A program made the translations under genes and the position numbers. The notes below the pieces were generated by a model. That model was not told the origin of the DNA. It saw nothing but the letters and a program-made list of their open reading frames with translations, and made no database searches. A DNA stretch of 64,000 bases from Azolla caroliniana (lineage: Eukaryota > Plantae > Polypodiophyta): positions 13,888,001 through 13,952,000 of the forward strand of contig JBHGNT010000018.1 in assembly GCA_043228905.1 (NCBI GenBank). The letters are read 5' to 3'. Positions 1 to 11,781 of this stretch are shown piece after piece; the first letter of the stretch is position 1, and each line of letters begins with the position of its first letter.

Positions 1-354
1 ACACAGAACGACGAAGAAGAAGCAGAGGAGAACAAAAAGAAACCCTAAAACCAGATAAAAGAAAGAGGAAGAGAGAACGTTTCTTCCTCTAACGGTATAC
101 CCTACTACCAAAAATGGGCAACCCCTTCACCAAGGGCGCTCCCTTCCTTTTATAGAACAAGGAGAGGGATCTGTAGCATCGTGGGATAAATCCCTTATTA
201 CATGGGATTCTTGTCCCGACTTGATTACTCTTCGGCGCCATAAAGGCGCCCTCGTTATTCACACTAAATGTACAAGGGTGAGCGCACATGTTGCACCCCG
301 TCGATGTAGCCAATATTTGCCGGTTTCCGCCTTTGGCCGAAATTCTTCACAACA
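1..354 (-). mobile_element. Terminal part of an LTR inserted into the integrase of gypsy A
   Basis: The integrase reading frame (…YNPEVNKKIKRGHG) stops abruptly at a CACAACA end at 354. The flanking sequence is non-coding and has a minus-strand TATAAAA near 150. The other end lies outside the window. Confidence 0.65.
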
Positions 355-2740
355 CCGTGCCCTCTCTTGATCTTCTTGTTCACTTCCGGATTGTATGTCA
401 TTGTGAGGGAGAGCTTGGCCCCTAACTGGTCGAACAACTCCTTTTCTTCCCGCACATCTAGCTCTCCATGGTCAGCCACGATCTTGCCTACGCATCCGTA
501 CCGGCATATCACATCCTCGATCAAGAACCTGTAAACCACAACAGTCATCTTGTTCGTTAAGGCCAATCCCTCCACCTAGTTTGTCCGGTCTTCTCGTGCA
601 AGCACTAGGTACCGCATTTGGCCTACCCCGATCGACATTGTTACTAAATCGACCATCAACTTGAAGTGAATGGTTGGTGGGTAGGTCGAGTGCATCTCGT
701 CGTGGTGCCGGATTCTGGAATGCATCTTACAACTCTCGCATGTCGTCACGAAATGGTGCACGTCACGATACATCCCCGGCCACCAGTACTTCTCCTTCAG
801 CTTCTCGAACATGGCCCATGTGCCCCGGTGTCTGGACCAGGGGCTTTTGTGAAATTCCGACATGAGCACGAACTGATCCTCTTCCTTCGTCACCACCCAG
901 AGCGGCATGTTGGACCACTTCTTTGGATGTTGCCAGATCTTCCTGTCTCGTAGGAAGAACCGGTAAGCCTTCTTTCGGATTTGACCCACTTCCTCTTTCG
1001 TCCATGTCCAGATATGGTGTTGTCTTTTTTGGATATGTGCCATATCTCCGGATTCAGGAACTTGATGTACGTGATCCACATGAGCATCGCCAGGTCCGGA
1101 GTCACGCATCTGGAAACCATACCGAGAATCAATAGGTAGTTCATCTCTATGATTACCTCTATCCCGATCAAATAATCTTTGTCGGCCTTGACCATTGAAA
1201 CGATACCCCACAATTCTCATTTTACTTGGGCGTATCCTCGCTGTTGCTCACTTAACACCTTCAAACCGAACTGGATGGGGTACCGCGCGCTAGCTTCGTC
1301 CTCTTGGTTGACCACCCACCCGATTCCGGTTGGACTTGTATCCACCGTCACGTAAACTGGGGTGTCCGCCTTGTACGTTGCTTTACGGAGAGCTGGGGCC
1401 GCCGTCAGCATCTCCTTTAGTCTCCGGACCGCCTCCGTGTGCTCTTCACCCCATTCAAATTTCTGCCCTTTCAACACGTAGAGTGGCTCGTCAATATGCG
1501 CGTAGTGTGGGATCTATATGTGGTAGATGGCGCATGCTCCCAGGAATCATCGGACTTCCACGACTGACCCACACTCCTCCTTCATCATTGAGATGGCCTC
1601 TACCTTTGCTAGAGATAGTTTTCGGTCGTACGACCCGCATAGGTGACTGACCACCAGGATTTCCGATCCTCCGAAAGTTGACTTCTCCCTAGAGAAGGTA
1701 AGCCAAGCATCCTCAAGCCTCTGTGGTATCTTCTCACAGTAGGAGATGTGGTCCGTGACAAACCTCCGACACCCGTCCGCTCCGATCGACTTGTCCTTTG
1801 AGTTCTCTGGACATCCCTTGATCGGGGTGTCATCCAAAACCGACATGGTGAGGTCTGGGATGCAGTCCTTGAATACTTTGTTCATCGTGTTCACCATGTG
1901 TGCTACCAAATTGGTCCCTCCTTGTGGTAGAGTACACATCCGAACCAGGTTGAGTGGTGTTTGCATCGTCGTGATATCGTTGCTCTCCACGGCTAGTTGG
2001 AACTGGTCGTACCCGGAGTATAGGTTCCCGACTGAGTAGATTGACCTTCCAGCAAAGGCCTCCATGAACTCATCAATGGTTGGTCCAACTCCTACATTCC
2101 GAATTGTCACCAAGCGCAATGTGTTGTTCTTCTTCGGCACCATAAACCACCGATTCAAATAAGGAGCACTCGACGGTGCGAAAATCCCCATCTCCACCTT
2201 CTACTTGAGTAACTCCATCAACTTCGGAATGTGAGCCCTCGGTATAGGAATCGGTTTGAGACTCCACGGCACGTGTAGTACCATGAAGATCACCATTGGT
2301 TCTACGATTGTCAGGTTGACGCACCCGATCTCCCCCGGCGAGAATGTGAAGGCTTTCCCGTGTCGTCCGAGCATCCTCTGAAACTGGTCCTCCTCTGCCG
2401 GTGGTAGGAAGCCAACCCCACCTATCTTGAGCTTCCGCAACGTCTCCTCGGCGAACCGGTGTCCTATGCCGGTCGGATCTCGCAAACTCGGGTTGGTCGC
2501 GACCCTCTCATCCTCTACCAACTGTCCTTCGGCAAGGGAGCCGCAATTGGCCCCACCTTCCGGTCCACAATCTTGTACTTAGTGTCCACTTGGGCGGTCC
2601 GATCTGACCCGACCATCCTCCCAAAGTCTGTTATGACCTCGTACATATTGACCAACCGACCAGAATAATCTGGTTTTCACGTAGATCCTCTTCGACTACC
2701 CTCTTGATCTCCCCGAGGGTGTCATTGAATGAGACCGCCT
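355..2740 (-). pseudogene. Gypsy A pol fragments: RT, RNase H, integrase
   Basis: The ORFs 1547-2197 (LYSGYDQF, LPQG, LDD), 1217-1477 (VDTSPTGIG), 576-1220 (H..H..C..C integrase zinc finger) and 264-575 (ADHGE, YNPE) carry these motifs, with many stops and frameshifts. Confidence 0.9.
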
Positions 2741-3179
2741 TGTTGCCTCTTAGGAACACGGTCCGTGGTCAGTCCTTCGACCTAGACCCCAAGGTGAATG
2801 TGGAACAACGAACAGAGCTTAGGCGTACTGCATAAGGAGAGAACCTCTGTGATTCCTCCGTGTGTTCGGGGAGACGGCTACAACCGACTCCTTATCACAG
2901 GTTGCACTTACGTACTATTACGCTTACGTATCTGAGACACATACACTGAATTAGTCGCAGCTATACACAGAAACTCAGAGAAGATAGTATTTTATTATCA
3001 GGCGTTCTTTTACATTTCCCAAAAATTACACGCACCTCCTTAAGAGGTTTTCTGCCCTTTATATATGCAGGGTCTAATTAGCTGTTCACGCTTCCCGCGT
3101 GAACTGTTACATACGCTACGCTTATATAGTTTCTTATTCCTACGCTTTTGGCCGTCGATTACTATTCCGGCGGACAACA
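2741..3179 (-). repeat. 3' LTR of element B
   Basis: Direct repeat of 16930-17368 with about 17 substitutions by eye. The minus strand has TATATAAA followed by AATAAA. Confidence 0.95.
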
Positions 3180-3181
3180 CC

Positions 3182-3198
3182 TGGCACGCCTGTGGGAC
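3182..3198 (+). promoter_or_regulatory. Inverted tRNA-Arg-type PBS-like motif at the position where the PPT is expected
   Basis: TGGCACGCCTGTGGGAC lies 2 nt from the LTR and resembles the Arg-type PBS TGGCACGCCCAGTGGGAC. No purine tract is present on the element sense strand. Confidence 0.7.
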
Positions 3199-3442
3199 AG
3201 TGCCTTTGCACGTCGGACCCATCCCGTTAATCTTCTTCCAAAATGGCCCGGATGTTCGGCTCTATTGTAGTGTCCTCGTCCGGAGTTGATATAGGGCCCG
3301 TAGGTGCATTGTGGTGTGGCTCCTTTGCTTGGTCGGCTTGGTTTCTCCCGGAGTCGCCTTTGCCGTGTGCGGGTGGTCCGGGTACGGTGGGCTCTTCTTG
3401 AGTTAGTGGGCTGGGCTCCGCCGGTAGCGTGCTTGCAGTCGG

Positions 3443-5297
3443 CTACAGCTCAGCTTCTATTGTTACGTCCTCCGCGGTGTTGGCCGTTTTTGTGTGTCCC
3501 TGGGCGTGGGGCGAGGATTCCGCCTGGTCCGCACTATTTTCCGCGTTTTTTGAAGATGGTGTGGGCTGGACCTCTTGTTGGTTAATGGTTTCACTGTCTA
3601 GTCCTGTGGGGAACTCCGCTCGTTCGTCCCCGTTATTCTCCCCCGTTGTCCTCCCTGGTGATCGGGCCTGAGGTTCCTCTTCTTCAGTTGTGACCGGAAT
3701 TGGTGTCCCGTTGGGTTCCTCGTTCGTGTGTGTGTTGCCGGTTTGTGTGATCTGGTGAAATAGCTCCTCCTGACTTTCACCAAAATCATCTAGGAGTTGT
3801 GCGAGTTCTTCGGAGTGTTGGTCCGCTAACGCGCGATAGTCTTGCGTTAGGTCCTCCCGTACGGTCGCAATGCTCTCCTCGTTTAGCTTATAAAACCCTC
3901 GACCGTCTTTCCGCCGGTTCTCCCAGTCCGCACGATACGCGTGCAATTCCGCTGCTTGGGTTGCCCACGCCATCCATCCTTTGTCCAATGCCGTTTTCAA
4001 TGGCGCTGTGAACCTTTTTCGGTTGGTCTGGAGAAGGATGCGCACGTTATCCGTGATAGCCTGGCAGCGGTTGCGTGCGTCTTCCATTGACTTCTGGAGA
4101 TTCGCGATTTCCTGCTGTTTAACGGCTGCCGCTTCCTCGTACGTGGCTTTCAGGCCCGCCCACAATTGGGATTCCTTTTCATGATGTTCTTCTAATTTCC
4201 CCATTTCATTGTTTAGGCGGATTTCGAGTTGATGCCTTCTTTCTTGTTCGACTACCAACTGCTCATCGAACCATACCTTCTTTTTTTCTAATAAGGCCCG
4301 AAGTCCCACTATTGCCGCCTCTAATTTCTTCGCGTCCTCTCGTAATTGGGCGTTGTCGTCTTTTGTCTGGATGTGCTGGGCTACCTCCGTAGCTAGTTTC
4401 TCTTCAAGCGTTTTTACGGCCTTTCGTCTGTTAGCCCGTATCTCCTTTTCTCTGTCGGAGGATTGGCGTAGTTCTGCTCGAAGACGGTCAATTTCGGATT
4501 CCGCTAGCTGCACGACCCTTTTTGCTTTTGAGGCAATGGCGGTCTGAGCCTCGATTTCTTCTTTGAGAGCGTTGATAACATGGTTCGGTGGCAGGGTTTC
4601 GTGTTGCGCAGTAGTCGTGTGAGCTTCCAACTCCGCGATGCGTGCGTTGGCCTTTTGTAGTTCGGCTTCCGTCAGTTTCACCTTCTTCCAGACATTCTTA
4701 TTTTTTATGGCCATCTCCTTGGCGCCCGTGCTGACCTTTGCTAGTTCCCGATGGACTTCGACTAGGGCCGTGTTTAAGGGTGGTATCTCCATCCCTACTC
4801 GTCGTACCCCGACGTTCCTCTGTCTACTGACCTTGGCTAGCTGGTCCTCATCATCGCTCTCCGTTGTTTGCGTTAGGGCGCGCTCTATCATCTGACGTTC
4901 TTCATGCTCCTCAGCCATTCGTTGGGCGGCTTTGACCTGTTGTGTTGCTAGGAACTCCATGAGCTTGAAAGAGGTACCGAACTGTAAGAGGGCGCTGAAT
5001 TCGTGGGCCATATCCGGAATATCCGGATATGCCAAAACCTCGCTTTCCGCCGTCAATACAGCTTTCCCTCGTTGGGGCTGAGTCGTAATAATCGGCCGCA
5101 GCTCCCGGATTATTTCGAAGGTGGTATTCGACTCTGCTGTTGCGGGGCCTTCGCTTGCGGTCGGTGCCTCCGGATCTGTGGGGGCGTTTTTTACCAACCC
5201 CCGCCCATCTCTTCTGTCCAATTTGCGCCGTTTTGGTCTAGGGCTTTCCCGCCGTGCTTCGGTGTCTAGTTCTGGGGTTGCTTCCATGGGGTGTCTC
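3443..5297 (-). CDS. C-terminal part (614+ aa, long coiled coil, acidic tail) of the extra ORF of element B
   Basis: This is an uninterrupted ORF with E/K/A/Q/L-rich heptad-like composition. After removing copia C it joins in frame to 10484-10729 (…QEEQP|RHPMEAT…). Confidence 0.75.
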
Positions 5298-5302
5298 GGC
5301 TG

Positions 5303-5589
5303 TGTTACACTTGCGTGTTCCTCTAGTAGCTTTGATGTGAACCATTTTCCCTATACATGGGCACTTTTTACTCTAGTGCTGGCTAGAGGTTTTTTCCCCA
5401 TGTTACCACATACATGAGTCACTCATATGTGGTGGTACTTAGCACTTAGGGATATATATTTCAGCTCCTATATTTTTTTTTAAGAAACATTCATCAATAG
5501 AGAGCTATTCCAGCCATTGCCTTCCTTGTGAGAGTGCTTCTTTCTTTGAGCTTCTTGTGTGTTTCCCACTCTTCCTTACATACCCAACA
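5303..5589 (+). repeat. 5' LTR of copia C
   Basis: TGTTACAC…CCCAACA, repeated at 10192-10478. Confidence 0.97.
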
Positions 5590-5590
5590 G

Positions 5591-5603
5591 TGGTATCAGA
5601 GCC
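5591..5603 (+). promoter_or_regulatory. PBS, initiator tRNA-Met
   Basis: TGGTATCAGAGCC directly after the 5' LTR. Confidence 0.95.
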
Positions 5604-5875
5604 AAGTTCTTCATCCTCTCCATCTTCGGTTGTCCGCATCGCGGTGTCGCGGCGCGCGCGCACTTTTCATTGTGCAAATCAACTTCCGAATATAGAGAAG
5701 TGTATTTCAGCACTTGGAGCGCATTTTCAGCAGGTGCCCTGCTGTTTTACCCCCATTTCGAAGCCGTTCGTGTAGTCGAAATCGTCATCCGAGTGATAGT
5801 TTGTGAGCTGCATTTTCAGCACTCATTTCCGATTTGTTGAGGTAATATTTTACCACTTTCTTGTTCTTTGGTAAA

Positions 5876-8800
5876 ATGGCAAACAATGGTGATTTGTTTG
5901 GCATGCTTCAAGCTGAAGATAAGCTTGATGGGACAAACTATCCAATGTGGTCCTACATGATGAAACACGTTCTTGTTGCCAAACAACTATGGAACATAGT
6001 GGTAGATGTAGATCGACGCCCCGCCGGTCCTACTACTTCACAGTCTACTATCACAGATACAGGTTCATCTTCGAGCACAGTGACTTCATCTACTCCACCA
6101 ACACAAGAGCAACTTAGATGGGATGGAAAAGATGCTCAAGCTCATGCATTGATTGCACTTTCTGTGAAGCGTCATATAGTTCCACATATTCGGTCATGCT
6201 CTACGTCCAAACAAGCATGGGACACTCTTGCTTCGTTGTATGCCGCGTAACGAAGCACGTGTTGCATATTTGAGAAAGCAACTTGAGGATGTATATATGG
6301 CTGAAAATGAGTCGGTAGATGTGTATGTGACACGCATTAAAGATTTGAAAGAGCAATTGGCAAACATTGATGAGATCATTTCGAATACATCACTTGTCTC
6401 TACGTTGTTGAAAGGATTACCCGAATCTTTTCAAAGCTTTGCTACTACTATTCGTTTGGTTGCAAAAGGGAATACGGATATGTACGCATTTGATGAGGTT
6501 GTGTCTCTTCTTTTGCAAGAAGAACAATCTAGAGTGAATAGAAGTGGTTTGATAGAGGGAACACAAGCACTTGCTATCTCACAAAAAGGAAAAGGCAAGC
6601 ATGGTTCAGCTTTTGGTTCTTCAAAACCAAAGCCTCAACCTCCCTCTTTCACTTATTCCTCTAATGATGGTGGTTTGCAAAAGAAGAAAAGATGCAAATA
6701 TTGTCGAAAGGTTGGCCATACGATTGAAGAATGTAGAAAGCGTGTTAAGCGCAATGAGAAGAAGAAGGAATCCGGCATGACCATTTCTGAAAATGTTTCA
6801 AGTGCAAAGAGTGATGAGGCCAACATGGCTCAAGATTGTTGGGCATGTGTTGTTACATATCATTATGATGCATCATTGCACTCTAAATGTATGGTTGTAA
6901 GTGAGATTGATTCGGATTGGTTCTTTGATAGTGGTGCTTCAAAGCACATTACTTCATGCAAAAGTTTTTTTGCATCCTTGAAAGATGCACCCAAAGGTGG
7001 ACATGTGGTGTGTGCAAACAATGCCTCTTATCCTATCATTGGAGTAGGAGAAATTGAGCTTTCGGCTGCAAATGGAGGTGTTGTCATCTTAAAGAATGTA
7101 TTGTATGTGCCCGGTATCAAGAAGAACTTAATTTCGGTTCCTTTGATTGCCAAAGCCGGACTTCATGTACATTTTGTTGATGATAAGTGCATGGTTCACG
7201 ATTATAGCAATGGTGATGTTATCGTGATGTCCGGTACATTATGCAATGGCTTGTACCGTTTAGATACATACAAGAGGGCTTCTCTAAATGCCTTGGCTGT
7301 ACATACTTCTTCCATGGCTGAAATGGAGCTTTGGCATGCTCGTTTTGGTCACTTGAACTTCAATAGTTTGCTTCACTTGCAAAAGAAGGATATGGTTATT
7401 GGGTTGCCTACACTTGAGTCCATTGAAAAACATGCATGTGAAGGTTGCATTCTTGGAAAAATGCATCGTGCTTCTTTTCCAAAAGATAGTCATACACACA
7501 CTACAAGAAAATTACAACTTGTTCATAGTGATGTGTGTGGTCCTGTAAAGACTCCATCTTTTGGAAAGCATGTATATTTTGTTACCTTCATTGATGATGC
7601 TACTCGTCATACATGGGTGTATCCTATGAAAGCAAAGAATGAAGTCTTTTCTTGCTTCAAATCATTTTTAGCTATGGCTGAAATTTTTTCCGCAAATAAG
7701 CTCTTGACTCTACGCACGGATCGTGGTGGCGAATATATGTCACATGAGTTTAATGCTTTTCTTTGTGAAAGAGGTATTTTACATCAATGTACGGTGCCAT
7801 ATACACCTCAACAAAATGGTGTTGCAGAACGCAAAAATAGAACACTCTTAGAGATGGCACGATGTATGGTTAAAGGAAAGCATCTTCCTAACAAGTTTTG
7901 GATGGAAGCGGTTATGTGTGCAAATTATGTGTTGAATCGTTGCCCTACAAAAGCGTTGAGAGTCATTACGCCATATGAGGCTTGGAATGGACATAAACCT
8001 ATGGTTAGTCATATGCGTGTGTTCGGTTGTTTGGCATATGCTCTTGTGCCATCACAACAGCGTCACAAACTTGATGACAAGGCAAAGAAATGCATATTTG
8101 TTGGTTATAGTGCGGAAAGTAAGGGATATCGTTTGTATCATCCATTGACGGACACAATTATTGTGAGTCGAGATGTGGTATTTGCTGAAAATTCAGCTTT
8201 CCCTTTTCTTGAATGCAAAAAACAACCAACAGTTAGCTCACAAGATGTGTTTAATACACTCATGCCTTTGTTCCAAAGTGCTGCGCTTGACCATGGACAT
8301 GTAGACCAGCCAAGTGAGTCTCAAAGGGATAAAAATTTCCAGCAAATAAGTGTTGAAAATGCACGAAATGTCCAACCAAATGTGGCTGAAAATGAGCATG
8401 AAATTCAGCCCACGCATGATGTACATATTGAAGATGTATTACATAATGAACGTATGGCTATCGAGAGGTCACAAACTATGCCGAGGTGGCTGAAACAAAC
8501 TTTGCAAGATAGCAAATTGAGTGCACCTTTACTTGGTAAAACAAGATCAAGCTCTCGCCATGCATCAGGTAATTTTGTGGATTATTCTATTGTTGCAATA
8601 GCATGTAATGAGGAGCCACTTACTTTTGAAGATGCATGTGATGATCCACATTGGATGAGTGCTATGCAATCAGAAATGGATTCCATTCATAAAAATGGTA
8701 CTTGGGAGTTATGTGAATTGCCAAAAGGAAAGAATGTAATTGGTACTAGGTGGGTTTACAAGATTAAACGAAAGCCCGATGGTAGTATTGATCGCTACAA

Positions 8801-10145
8801 AGCTAGATTGGTTGCCAAAGGATATGCCCAACAATATGGCATTGATTATGAGGAAACTTTTGCACCTACTTCACGCATGACTACCATTCGTACCGTGGTT
8901 GCATTGGCTGCCCAAAGAGGTTGGAAAATGCATCAATTGGACATAAAAACAGCCTTTTTAAATGGTGATTTGCAAGAAGAGGTTTATGTGAAGCAACCTC
9001 CTGGATTTGCTACGAAAGAGAAAGAGCATATGGTTTGTCGCTTGCATAAGGCCTTGTATGGTCTCAAGCAAGCTCCGCGTGCATGGTATGAAAAAATCCA
9101 TAAGCACTTGATTTCTCTTGGCTTCACATGTAGTCCGATTGAAAGCACACTTTATGTACGCAAAGATGGGGCTGATCTTCTAGTGCTCGTTCTTTATGTT
9201 GATGACATACTCTTGACTGGGTCATGTGATGCAAAACTCGATTTTCTTATGGCTGATTTGCAGCATACTTTTGAAGTCACTTATCTTGGTCTTTTGAGCT
9301 ACTATCTTGGCATCCAGTTTGTATCCGTTGAGGGGGGAATGTTTATGCATCAAGGAAAGTATGTTGAAAAACTACTTCAGCGTTTTGACTTTGAGGATTG
9401 CAAGCCGGTTTATACACCTGTGGAGACAGGATTTAGGTTCTCTGTTGAGGATTCTAGTGATGCGTTTGATACTTCTCTTTATCAACAAGCTGTGGGATGT
9501 CTTATATATGCATGCAATACAAGGCCGGATATACAGTATGCAGTCTCCCAATTGAGTCGATTCATGCATAGCCCTGGCACTAAGCATTGGCAAGCAGTGA
9601 AACGTGTGTTCAGATATCTTAGAGGCACTTTGAGCTTGGGTCTCTTTTATGGCAGAGATACTCAGCCATGCTTGCATGCTTTTACAGATAGTGATTGGGC
9701 TGGTTGTTATGATACTCGCGTGTCCACTAGTGGTAATTGCTTTTTCTTTGGAAACTCATGTATATCTTGGTTGAGTAAAAAGCAACCTACAGTGGCGACA
9801 TCAAGTTGTGAAGCTGAGTACAGGGCAGTTTTCACAGCTACAGTGGAGTGTATATGGCTAAGACGCCTTTTGATGGATCTTTGCATGGAGATTGAAGTTG
9901 CTACACGTATTCTCACAGATAGTCAGAGTGCATTGGCTGTTGCACGAAATCCTGTATTTCATGCACGGACCAAACACATTGAGGTGCATTATCACTATGT
10001 GAGAGAGCGCTTTCATGCAGGAGATATTGATTTGGTATATGTGCCTACACAAGATAACGTGGCAGACATATTCACCAAAGCTCTTCCACGAGAAAAGTTT
10101 GAAGCTTTTCGCAAAGCTTTAGGCTTATTGCCTTGTGGGGGCTGA
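5876..10145 (+). CDS. Copia gag-pol polyprotein (gag, CCHC, PR, INT, RT, RNase H) with one frameshift near 6245
   Basis: ORFs 5861-6250 and 6228-10145 carry KLDGTNYPMW, CKYCRKVGHTIEEC, WFFDSGASKH, HSDVCGP, RTDRGGEY, YVDD and TDSDWAG. Confidence 0.95.
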
Positions 10146-10191
10146 TCTGTCACTCCTTGTACATGTTCACATCATTCGCTCCAGGGGGGTT

Positions 10192-10478
10192 TGTTACACT
10201 TGCGTGTTCCTCTAGTAGCTTTGATGTGAACCATTTTCCCTATACATGGGCACTTTTTACTCTAGTGCTGGCTAGAGGTTTTTTCCCCATGTTACCACAT
10301 ACATGAGTCACTCATATGTGGTGGTACTTAGTACTTAGGGATATATATTTCAGCTCCTATTTTTTTTTTTAAGAAACATTCATCAATAGAGAGCTATTCC
10401 AGCCATTGCCTTCCTTGTGTGAGTGCTTCTTTCTTTGAGCTTCTTGTGTGTTTCCCACTCTTCCTTACATACCCAACA
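10192..10478 (+). repeat. 3' LTR of copia C
   Basis: Copy of 5303-5589, preceded by the PPT. Confidence 0.97.
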
Positions 10479-10483
10479 GGCTG

Positions 10484-11351
10484 TTCCTCCTGCGTCGCCC
10501 GTGTGTCCGGTTGGTCGGTAGGAGGTGTTGTCCTTGGGCCTGGTTGGGTCGGTTGGGGTTCCTCCTCCCACTCTGGGGCTGCTAACTCCGCTAACCTGCG
10601 TTTCGCGGAGCGGGGCGGGGCCGTGGGTTCGCTGGGCTGTGGTGCTGGCAGGCCTCGGGGTGGAAACAGTACCGTAAGGTATTGTTGGATGATTGGCCTG
10701 AGCTTTTTGCCTGCTTGGTACGCATGCAAGCCTTCCCTTAACGTCGGCCCTGTGATGAGCCCCAGTCGACTGTACGCCCTTCAAAGGTGTCGATAATGAT
10801 GCCCGCCTTCTGTTTAGGCATCCGTAAGCGTTGACATGAACGCAACTGACTTCCAATAGGAACTTGGCAACTTCACGGAAGAAGGGATCCGGAATCTGTT
10901 TTGTTCTATAGGCCTTGGCGGAGGATGAATATGGGCCAAAATACCGCTGCAACGCCTCTGTAGGAGGTATTTCGAAATGTCTTTCGCCTAGTAAGGATAG
11001 GTCTAACTTCTTTCGAATGGAAGAGTTGGTGACCGTGTCGATGTTAAGCCGCCTGGCGATGTCCATGGCGTCCGGGTGCGGAGGTGCTTCTGCGACCTGA
11101 ATGTAACCATCCAGGCGCTTCTCCACGAGCCATCGGCGTAGGGCAGTAGAGATGAAGATCGACATTGCCAGAGTAGGTTCGTGGAGAGGAGATGGGTAGT
11201 AGTGGTGAGTTGGAGCTCTGAGATATGATGGGGAAGAAGGTGAGGAGGAGCGATGGGAGCGCTGATAGCTAGACAATGTGTTTTTGCTTTGTGCAGAAAA
11301 TCTTCTGTTTCCTTCTTTTTGTGGCTTAGGGGTCATTGGGCGGTGAGCCAT
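10484..11351 (-). pseudogene. N-terminal part of the extra ORF of element B (about two frameshifts near 10760-10825)
   Basis: It is built from ORFs 10383-11351 and 10394-10729 plus a bridging frame MPKQKAGIIIDTFEGRTVDWG. It lies between the integrase and the 3' LTR in sense orientation. Confidence 0.6.
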
Positions 11352-11781
11352 CGTGGTGCCGCGTGTTCTTGAACTCGGAGTTTGTGCATGCCTTTAGTTG
11401 TTTTAATAGTCGTTATCTTCTCTCTCTTTTTTTTTTTTTTTTTTTTTTTTCTCGTAACGGTTAGTTACACCCTATTTTTACATTATAGTACAAATGGGAC
11501 TGTCCCTTTTACGCTACTGGTTCTCCGACTTTGTCCTGTTCGGCGGTGAATGGGTTAGGTGGCGTAGGGCCCAGGTAAGGTTTGAGCCGAAACCCATTCA
11601 CTTTTTGCCGTACTATTTCTCCAGCCAGCGTTCCTAGTTGGAACGTGCCCTATTCCGCTCCAATTATCCAGTATGGGCCGGTCCAGCGGAAACGTAACTT
11701 CCCCGGCATATGGCCAATGCGCGTTTGAAACACTAGCACCGCTCGGCCCACGGTGAACTCCTTTTCCCTTGCGCTGCGATG

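Larger units (their letters stand above)
5303..10478 (+). mobile_element. Near-intact young Ty1/copia retrotransposon C
   Basis: It has 287-bp LTRs with about 3 differences, a TSD GGCTG (5298-5302 and 10479-10483), a PBS TGGTATCAGAGCC and a PPT AGGGGGG before the 3' LTR. Confidence 0.97.

Noticed and set aside
3443-5287. Host SMC/myosin-like gene or env gene
   Set aside because: It is intronless, lies inside the LTRs of B, and has no ATPase motifs or transmembrane segment.
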